A program made the position numbers and the translations under genes. A stretch of DNA of 64,000 bases. Source: Escherichia coli (GTDB lineage Bacteria; Pseudomonadota; Gammaproteobacteria; Enterobacterales; Enterobacteriaceae). The notes under the pieces were generated by a model. The model saw only the letters and a program-made list of their open reading frames with translations, was not told the DNA's origin and did not search any database. Where the stretch lies: the NCBI RefSeq assembly GCF_041886205.1, contig NZ_CP169029.1; one strand, written 5' to 3'. Positions 55,191-64,000 of the stretch are shown here, piece by piece; the stretch's first letter is position 1; each line of letters begins with the position of its first letter.

Positions 55191-56382
55191 GCAACTCTGG
55201 CGCTGGCATGGCATAACCGGCGACGGCAATGCGCAAGATGGGATGCTATGGGCAGAGAGCCGTACTTTACTGCTTATGGCACTACAGCAACAGATGGTTA
55301 CCCCACTAAGCCTGAAGCGAATCGCCATCAATTCTGCGCAGTGGCGAGGAGATAAAAGCGCGGAAGTCATTCATCAACTGGCGACGCTACTCAAAGCCGG
55401 GTTAACGCTTTCTGAAGGGCTGGCACTGCTGGCGGAACAGCATCCCAGTAAGCAATGGCAAGCGTTGCTGCAATCGCTGGCGCACGATCTCGAACAGGGC
55501 ATTGCCTTTTCCAATGCCTTATTACCCTGGTCAGAGGTATTTCCGCCGCTCTATCAGGCGATGATCCGCACGGGTGAACTGACCGGTAAGCTGGATGAAT
55601 GCTGCTTTGAACTGGCGCATCAGCAAAAAGCCCAGCGTCAGTTGACCGACAAAGTGAAATCAGCGTTGCGTTATCCCATCATCATTTTAGCGATGGCAAT
55701 CATGGTGGTTGTGGCAATGCTGCATTTTGTTCTGCCGGAGTTTGCCGCTATCTATAAGACCTTCAACACCCCACTACCGGCACTAACGCAGGGGATCATG
55801 ACGCTGGCAGACTTTAGTGGCGAATGGGGCTGGCTGCTGGTGTTGTTCGGCTTTCTGCTGGCGATAGCCAATAAGTTGCTGATGCGCCGCCCGACCTGGC
55901 TTATCGCGCGGCAGAAATTGCTGTTACGCATCCCGATTATGGGTTCACTGATGAGGGGACAAAAACTCACGCAGATCTTTACGATTCTGGCGCTGACACA
56001 AAGTGCAGGCATTACTTTTTTACAGGGCGTAGAGAGCGTCAGAGAAACAATGCGCTGCCCGTACTGGATGCAACTTCTGACACAAATCCAGCACGATATC
56101 AGTAACGGTCATCCCATCTGGCTGGCGCTAAAAAATACCGGTGAGTTTAGCCCGCTCTGTTTGCAATTAGTGAGAACAGGAGAGGCATCCGGCTCGCTGG
56201 ACCTCATGTTAGACAACCTCGCCCATCATCATCGGGATAACACAATGGCGCTGGCGGATAACCTCGCAGCCTTACTGGAACCGGCGTTGCTGATCATAAC
56301 GGGAGGAATTATCGGTACGCTGGTGGTGGCAATGTATCTGCCAATTTTCCATTTAGGCGATGCGATGAGTGGGATGGGATAA
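55180..56382 (+). CDS. hofC: Type IV pilus inner-membrane platform protein (GspF/PilC family)
   Basis: 400-aa ORF overlapping hofB end by 11 nt; polytopic. Confidence 0.9.
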   Translation: MASKQLWRWHGITGDGNAQDGMLWAESRTLLLMALQQQMVTPLSLKRIAINSAQWRGDKSAEVIHQLATLLKAGLTLSEGLALLAEQHPSKQWQALLQSLAHDLEQGIAFSNALLPWSEVFPPLYQAMIRTGELTGKLDECCFELAHQQKAQRQLTDKVKSALRYPIIILAMAIMVVVAMLHFVLPEFAAIYKTFNTPLPALTQGIMTLADFSGEWGWLLVLFGFLLAIANKLLMRRPTWLIARQKLLLRIPIMGSLMRGQKLTQIFTILALTQSAGITFLQGVESVRETMRCPYWMQLLTQIQHDISNGHPIWLALKNTGEFSPLCLQLVRTGEASGSLDLMLDNLAHHHRDNTMALADNLAALLEPALLIITGGIIGTLVVAMYLPIFHLGDAMSGMG

Positions 56383-56409
56383 CGCTGGCGTGTTGCTCCA
56401 CGCCAGCGT
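56382..56409. terminator. Bidirectional terminator hairpin between convergent hofC and guaC (acgctggcgtg/cacgccagcgt)
   Basis: 11-bp stem read from sequence. Confidence 0.65.
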
Positions 56410-56416
56410 TGGGAGA

Positions 56417-57460
56417 TTAAAGGTTGTTGAAAATGCGGTTTTCTTGTTCCAGCACACGAATAAACGTGGTGCGCTTGGTCAGCTCTTTCAGGCGTGAAGC
56501 CCCAACGTATGTACAAGCTGAACGCAGGCCGCCCAAAATATCACGCGCGGTATTTTCAACCGGGCCTCGCAGCGGCAGCTTAACGGTTTTACCTTCTGCT
56601 GCGCGATATTCCGCAACGCCGCCAACGTGACGTTTCATCGCAGACTCGGAGCTCATGCCGTAGAACAGCATAAATTTCTCGCCGTTCTCCTCAACGATGC
56701 GACCGCCGCTCTCTTCGTGGCCCGCCAGCATGCCGCCAAGCATGACGAAATCGGCACCGCCGCCAAAGGCTTTCGCCACATCGCCCGGCGTGGTGCAGCC
56801 ACCATCGCTGACGATCATTCCGCCCAGACCGTGCGCAGCATCGGCACATTCGATTACCGCAGAAAGTTGCGGATAACCGACGCCTGTTTTGACGCGAGTT
56901 GTACAAACAGAACCTGGGCCAATGCCAACTTTAACGATATCGGCACCTGAGAGGATAAGCTCCTCACACATTTCACCAGTCACTACGTTACCAGCACAAA
57001 TGGTTTTGGTCGGCCACGCTTCACGCGCTTTCGCAACGAACTGCACGAAGTGTTCGGAATAACCATTCGCCACGTCAATACAAACGAAGTTTAATGCCGG
57101 GTTCAGGTCGAGAATCTGTTTAGTTTTTTCGAAATCCGCATCAGACGTACCGGTAGAAACCATCACATGTTTCAGCACATCAGCGGAAGAATTGTTGATA
57201 AACGCTTGCCACTCTTCGACAGAATAGTGTTTATGCACAGCAGTCAAAATATCAAAAGAAGCCAGCGCAGAGGCCATAGAAAATGTGCCTACGGTGTCCA
57301 TATTTGCGGCGATAATCGGCACGCCGGACCAGCTCTGACCTGAATGTTTGAAGGTGAATTGACGTTCCAGTTCAACATCGGAACGGCTTTTAAGAGTGGA
57401 GCGTTTAGGGCGGATGAGAACGTCTTTAAAACCTAACTTCAGATCTTCTTCAATACGCAT
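56417..57460 (-). CDS. guaC: GMP reductase
   Basis: 347-aa [24 protein letters not shown]; IMPDH/GMPR TIM-barrel motifs. Confidence 0.96.
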   Translation of the reverse strand: MRIEEDLKLGFKDVLIRPKRSTLKSRSDVELERQFTFKHSGQSWSGVPIIAANMDTVGTFSMASALASFDILTAVHKHYSVEEWQAFINNSSADVLKHVMVSTGTSDADFEKTKQILDLNPALNFVCIDVANGYSEHFVQFVAKAREAWPTKTICAGNVVTGEMCEELILSGADIVKVGIGPGSVCTTRVKTGVGYPQLSAVIECADAAHGLGGMIVSDGGCTTPGDVAKAFGGGADFVMLGGMLAGHEESGGRIVEENGEKFMLFYGMSSESAMKRHVGGVAEYRAAEGKTVKLPLRGPVENTARDILGGLRSACTYVGASRLKELTKRTTFIRVLEQENRIFNNL

Positions 57461-57684
57461 GTGCGGATTCCTGGGGTTAATGGCTATAAGGGTAAGAGCG
57501 CAACTCCAGTGACGCTATCATACGCACTAATCAATGCGGCGCAAGACTGCGAAATTGTCTTTTTTTACGCTACAATCCCATAAATTTACCTGGTAAATAG
57601 TGAGCGAACGTTTCATCAATTTCGCTTTCGTGCACTCATTTTTAACGTTTTGATAATCATGATGAATTCCCGGGAATATAAATT

Positions 57685-58305
57685 ATGAGGTATATAGTTG
57701 CCTTAACGGGAGGCATTGGCAGTGGCAAGAGTACCGTTGCCAATGCGTTTGCTGATCTCGGAATTAACGTCATTGATGCCGATATTATTGCGCGTCAGGT
57801 GGTTGAACCAGGTGCACCTGCGCTACATGCCATTGCTGATCACTTTGGCGCTAACATGATTGCTGCTGATGGAACATTGCAGCGCCGGGCCTTGCGCGAG
57901 CGGATCTTCGCCAACCCGGAAGAGAAAAACTGGCTTAACGCCCTGCTGCATCCGCTGATTCAGCAAGAGACGCAACACCAGATCCAGCAAGCTACTTCCC
58001 CCTATGTACTGTGGGTTGTGCCATTGCTGGTAGAAAACTCACTGTATAAAAAAGCGAATCGAGTGCTGGTGGTGGATGTCAGCCCAGAAACGCAACTTAA
58101 GCGCACCATGCAGCGCGATGATGTAACTCGCGAGCATGTCGAACAAATCCTTGCTGCTCAGGCAACGCGCGAAGCCCGCCTTGCCGTGGCAGATGACGTC
58201 ATTGATAATAACGGCGCACCGGATGCTATCGCATCGGATGTTGCCCGCCTGCACGCACACTATTTGCAGCTTGCGTCGCAGTTTGTCTCACAGGAAAAAC
58301 CGTAA
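57685..58305 (+). CDS. coaE: Dephospho-CoA kinase
   Basis: 206-aa ORF; P-loop GGIGSGKST. Confidence 0.95.
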
Positions 58306-59048
58306 TGCAGACCCAGGTCCTTTTTGAACATCCACTAAATGAAAAAATGCGTACATGGCTGCGCATTGAGTTTTTGATTCAGCAACTCACCGTTAATTTA
58401 CCCATCGTTGACCACGCTGGCGCGCTGCATTTCTTCCGTAATGTCAGTGAATTACTGGATGTTTTCGAGCGCGGCGAAGTCCGCACTGAGCTGTTGAAAG
58501 AACTTGACCGGCAGCAACGTAAACTCCAGACCTGGATTGGCGTGCCTGGCGTGGACCAGAGCCGTATTGAAGCATTAATTCAGCAGTTAAAAGCGGCGGG
58601 GAGCGTATTAATTTCCGCGCCGCGTATCGGGCAATTTCTGCGTGAAGATCGTTTGATTGCTCTGGTGCGTCAGCGACTGAGCATCCCAGGCGGCTGTTGC
58701 AGCTTTGATTTACCTACATTGCACATTTGGCTGCATCTACCCCAGGCGCAGCGCGACAGCCAGGTAGAAACCTGGATTGCCAGCCTGAACCCGCTCACCC
58801 AGGCACTTACCATGGTGCTGGATTTAATTCGCCAGTCGGCCCCCTTCCGTAAACAAACCAGCCTGAATGGTTTTTATCAGGATAACGGTGGCGATGCCGA
58901 CTTGCTGCGCCTGAATCTGTCGCTCGATTCACAGCTTTATCCGCAAATTTCCGGACATAAGAGCCGTTTTGCCATTCGTTTTATGCCGCTGGACACTGAA
59001 AACGGACAGGTACCGGAACGTCTGGATTTCGAACTGGCCTGTTGCTAA
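58305..59048 (+). CDS. zapD: Cell division protein ZapD (FtsZ-associated)
   Basis: 247-aa ORF; ATG overlaps coaE stop (TAATG at 58303-58307). Confidence 0.92.
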
Positions 59049-59057
59049 GGAGTAAAA

Positions 59058-59255
59058 ATGTCAGAAACTATTACGGTGAATTGCCCAACCTGCGGGAAAA
59101 CGGTGGTGTGGGGTGAAATCAGCCCGTTTCGGCCATTTTGCTCCAAACGTTGTCAGCTGATCGACCTCGGAGAATGGGCTGCTGAAGAAAAACGAATCCC
59201 CAGCAGTGGCGATCTTTCCGAAAGCGATGACTGGAGCGAAGAGCCAAAGCAGTGA
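59058..59255 (+). CDS. yacG: DNA gyrase inhibitor YacG (zinc-finger protein)
   Basis: 65-aa ORF with CPTC...CSKRC zinc-binding cysteines. Confidence 0.92.
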
Positions 59256-59261
59256 CATTTG

Positions 59262-59470
<209 letters not shown>

Positions 59471-59476
<6 letters not shown>

Positions 59477-59860
59477 ACGTTTAAGCTTCGCAATTACCGG
59501 TTCATTGGCTGGCGGAAAATCATCGGCATTAAGATCGACCAGCGCCATCCACTCACCGGGTTGCCCTTCTTTACCCCACGGCTTCCCTTCCCAGCGTTCG
59601 ACCAGCCAGAACCACAGTGTTATATGCCTGTCCGGGAATTCATATTCCAGTTTTTCAAATAGCGAAAAATGTTGTGGGGTAATCCCGACTTCTTCCTGAA
59701 GTTCACGCACCACCGCCTGTTCCGGCGTTTCACCCATTTCAATTTTACCGCCGGGAAACTCCAGTTTATTCGCCATGTGCGCATCTGCTGCGCGACGCGT
59801 TATAAAGATTTCATTGTTCTCGTTGCGAATAATACCTACCGCAATTTGCAGCTTTTTCAT
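59471..59860 (-). CDS. mutT: 8-oxo-dGTP diphosphatase (Nudix)
   Basis: 129-aa ORF with Nudix box GGKIEMGETPEQAVVRELQEEVGI. Confidence 0.96.
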
Positions 59861-59879
59861 TGTCTTAAACCTATAAAAA

Positions 59880-59899
59880 AGGCGCAGAATCCTGCGCCT
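59880..59899 (-). terminator. Hairpin (aggcgcag/ctgcgcct) with T-run on minus strand between secA and mutT; putative partial terminator/attenuator
   Basis: 8-bp stem, 4-nt loop; AAAAAA on plus strand at 59875-59880. Confidence 0.55.
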
Positions 59900-59919
59900 T
59901 TTACTTCAACTGTTAGCTT

Positions 59920-62625
59920 TTATTGCAGGCGACCATGGCACTGCTTGTATTTTTTACCAGAACCGCACGGGCAAGGATCGTTACGTCCTACTTTGCGTTC
60001 ACCGGTTTGCGCCGCCAGTGCAGCTGCGGCTGCAGAGTCGTCATCCTGATGGCTAAGCTGCTGCATTTGCGCTAAACGCTCGGCTTCTATACGACGCTGT
60101 TGTTCCAGCTCCTCAACCTCTTCAGGCATACGTACCTGAACTTTGCTCAGCGTACTGATAACTTCATATTTCAACGACTCCAGCATCGCTGCAAACATGG
60201 AGAACGATTCACGTTTGTATTCCTGCTTCGGATCTTTCTGTGCGTAGCCACGCAGGTGGATACCCTGACGCAGATAGTCCATCGCTGCCAGGTGCTCTTT
60301 CCACAGGGAGTCAAGCGTTTGCAGCATGACGCCTTTCTCGAAGTGACGCATCATCTCAGCACCAACCACTTCTTCTTTACGCTGATACACTTCGATGGAC
60401 TGCGCCAGAATGCGCTCACGCAGCGTCTCTTCATGCAGTTCTGGTTCTTTATCCAGCCACTCAGCAATTGGTAAATCGAGGTCGAAATCGTTCTTCAGAC
60501 GTTCCTGCAGCCCCGGAATATCCCACATTTCTTCCAGCGACTGTGGCGGAATGTAGGCATCAATGGTCGCTTTGAACACATCTTCACGAATGCTGTTAAT
60601 GGTTTCGCTCACATCACTGACATCCAGCAGTTCGTTACGCTGGGAGTAAATGGCGCGACGCTGATCGTTAGCCACGTCATCATATTCCAGCAGTTGCTTA
60701 CGAATGTCGAAGTTACGGCTTTCAACTTTACGCTGGGCGTTGGCAATCGCTTTGGTCACCCACGGGTGTTCAATGGCTTCGCCTGGCTTCATACCCAGTT
60801 TACGCATCATGCCGGATACTCGGTCGGAAGCAAAAATACGCATCAGCGCATCTTCCATCGACAGGTAGAAACGGGAAGAACCAGCATCCCCCTGACGACC
60901 AGAACGACCGCGCAACTGGTTATCGATACGACGGGATTCGTGACGCTCGGTACCGATGATATGCAGGCCACCTGCTGCCAGTACCGCATCGTGACGTACC
61001 TGCCAGTCGGCTTTAATTTTTTCAATTTGCTCTGCGGTCGGATTTTCCAGCGCGGCAACTTCTGCCTGCCAGCTACCACCGAGCACAATATCTGTACCAC
61101 GACCCGCCATGTTGGTCGCGATAGTCACCGCAGCCGGATAACCTGCCTGAGCAACAATCGCCGCTTCGTTGGCGTGGAATTTGGCGTTCAGGACGTTGTG
61201 CTTAATACCGGCTTTGGTCAGTTCGTTTGATACCAGCTCCGATTTTTCGATGGAGATAGTACCCACCAGCACCGGTTGGCCTTTCGCAGTACGTTCTTTG
61301 ATATCTTCAATGATCGCCTGAATTTTTTCCGCTTCAGTCATGTAGACCAGGTCCGGCAGATCTTTACGAATCATTGGACGGTTGGTCGGAACAACGACGG
61401 TATCCAGCTTGTAGATGGAGCTGAATTCGAAAGCTTCGGTATCAGCAGTACCGGTCATCCCCGCCAGTTTTTCATACAGACGGAAGTAGTTCTGGAAGGT
61501 GATCGAAGCCAGCGTTTGGTTTTCGTTCTGGATCTGCACACCTTCTTTCGCTTCCACAGCCTGGTGAAGACCATCGGACCAGCGACGGCCCTGCATGGTA
61601 CGACCGGTGTGTTCGTCAACGATGATAACTTCACCATCTTTAACGATGTAGTCGACGTCACGGGTAAACAGCGCATGAGCGCGCAGCGCCGCCGTTACGT
61701 GGTGCATCAGCATGATGTTGGCCGGAGAGTACAGAGACTCCCCTTCATCCATGATGCCTTCTTTCACCAGCAGTTCTTCAATCAGCACCAGACCACGTTC
61801 GGTCAGGTTCACCTGGCGAGATTTTTCGTCCACCGAGAAGTGGCCTTCGCCCTGGAAGGTTTCGGAGTCTTCTTTTTCCTGACGGATCAGGTGCGGAATA
61901 ATTTTATTCACGCGTTTATACATTTCCGAGCTGTCTTCTGCCGGGCCAGAAATGATCAGCGGTGTACGCGCTTCATCGATCAGGATGGAGTCCACTTCGT
62001 CCACCAGCGCATAGTGCAGTTTACGCTGTACACGTTCTTCAGGACTGAACGCCATGTTGTCGCGCAGGTAGTCAAAGCCGTATTCGTTGTTCGTACCGTA
62101 AGTGATGTCAGCTGCGTAAGCTTCACGCTTCGCTGGTGCTGGCATACCCGGCAGGTTGATACCGACAGTCAGGCCAAGGAATTCAAACAGCGGACGGTTG
62201 TTTTCGGCGTCACGTTGCGCCAGGTAGTCGTTCACGGTAACTACGTGCACGCCTTTACCGGTTAGTGCGTTCAGGTAAGCAGGCAGCGTTGCGGTCAGGG
62301 TTTTACCTTCACCGGTACGCATTTCGGCGATGCAGCGTTCGTTAAGAACCATACCGCCGAGTAACTGAACGTCGAAGTGACGCATACCAAAGACGCGCTT
62401 ACTTGCCTCACGCACCACGGCGAAAGCTTCCGGGATCAGATTTTCCAGCACTTCGCCTTTTTCCAGACGTGCACGAAACTCTGCGGTTTTACCTTTCAGT
62501 TCTTCGTCGGAGAGTTTTTCCATCTCCGGTTCCATGGCATTGATGATGTTGACCACTTTGCGCATCCGGCGCAGGGTGCGATCGTTACGACTACCGAAAA
62601 CTTTAGTTAATAATTTGATTAGCAT
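59920..62625 (-). CDS. secA: Preprotein translocase ATPase SecA
   Basis: 901-aa [26 protein letters not shown]...; C-terminal zinc-binding [14 protein letters not shown]. Confidence 0.97.
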   Translation of the reverse strand: MLIKLLTKVFGSRNDRTLRRMRKVVNIINAMEPEMEKLSDEELKGKTAEFRARLEKGEVLENLIPEAFAVVREASKRVFGMRHFDVQLLGGMVLNERCIAEMRTGEGKTLTATLPAYLNALTGKGVHVVTVNDYLAQRDAENNRPLFEFLGLTVGINLPGMPAPAKREAYAADITYGTNNEYGFDYLRDNMAFSPEERVQRKLHYALVDEVDSILIDEARTPLIISGPAEDSSEMYKRVNKIIPHLIRQEKEDSETFQGEGHFSVDEKSRQVNLTERGLVLIEELLVKEGIMDEGESLYSPANIMLMHHVTAALRAHALFTRDVDYIVKDGEVIIVDEHTGRTMQGRRWSDGLHQAVEAKEGVQIQNENQTLASITFQNYFRLYEKLAGMTGTADTEAFEFSSIYKLDTVVVPTNRPMIRKDLPDLVYMTEAEKIQAIIEDIKERTAKGQPVLVGTISIEKSELVSNELTKAGIKHNVLNAKFHANEAAIVAQAGYPAAVTIATNMAGRGTDIVLGGSWQAEVAALENPTAEQIEKIKADWQVRHDAVLAAGGLHIIGTERHESRRIDNQLRGRSGRQGDAGSSRFYLSMEDALMRIFASDRVSGMMRKLGMKPGEAIEHPWVTKAIANAQRKVESRNFDIRKQLLEYDDVANDQRRAIYSQRNELLDVSDVSETINSIREDVFKATIDAYIPPQSLEEMWDIPGLQERLKNDFDLDLPIAEWLDKEPELHEETLRERILAQSIEVYQRKEEVVGAEMMRHFEKGVMLQTLDSLWKEHLAAMDYLRQGIHLRGYAQKDPKQEYKRESFSMFAAMLESLKYEVISTLSKVQVRMPEEVEELEQQRRIEAERLAQMQQLSHQDDDSAAAAALAAQTGERKVGRNDPCPCGSGKKYKQCHGRLQ

Positions 62626-62686
62626 AATAAAATCTCAAACGCCCCGCGTTGCGGAGTTAATAAAATGAAGTAAAGGTTTATTGTTG

Positions 62687-63367
<681 letters not shown>

Positions 63368-63429
63368 TCACCTGGCCGGAGAGAGTGCCAGATTTGCCAG
63401 TCGAATTTTATACGACAGTATAAATGTCG

Positions 63430-64000
<571 letters not shown>

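Noticed and set aside
61276-62265. 329-aa plus-strand ORF antisense to secA
   Set aside because: Embedded in secA; Phe/His/Val/Arg-rich translation with no domain signature; antisense artefact.

Overview
This 64-kb window reads as contiguous Escherichia coli-type core chromosome, collinear with the K-12 map from fhuD through lpxC (roughly the 107-171 kb region, from memory) but in reverse-complement orientation. I do not see a convincing previously undescribed system, and I see no rRNA, tRNA, CRISPR array, prophage, integrase or IS element. About 57 protein-coding genes are recognisable from the six-frame translations and their order: fhuD(partial)-fhuC-fhuA, mrcB, hrpB, thpR, sfsA, dksA, gluQ, pcnB, folK, the cryptic yad chaperone-usher fimbrial operon (yadN-yadV-htrE-yadM-yadL-yadK-yadC), panB-panC, rpnC(yadD), panD, yadE-yadI-yadH-yadG, can, hpt, gcd, cueO, yacC, speE-speD, yacL, acnB, yacH, lpd-aceF-aceE-pdhR, aroP, ampE-ampD, nadC, ppdD-hofB-hofC, guaC, coaE-zapD-yacG, mutT, secA-secM and lpxC(partial). 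Non-coding content includes two ERIC/IRU elements, two REP/BIME clusters, a boxC-like GC-rich repeat, several hairpin terminators, and recognisable operators (CueR box at cueO, PdhR box at pdhR, Fur-like box at fhuA). The loci most worth follow-up are under-characterised rather than novel: yacH (His/Asp-rich tract plus four 96-bp tandem coding repeats), the yadE-yadI-yadH-yadG cluster, the AT-rich yad fimbrial island, and rpnC splitting the pan genes. Gene starts were refined by reading the start codons in the sequence; all product assignments rest on recalled protein families and synteny, not on database searches.
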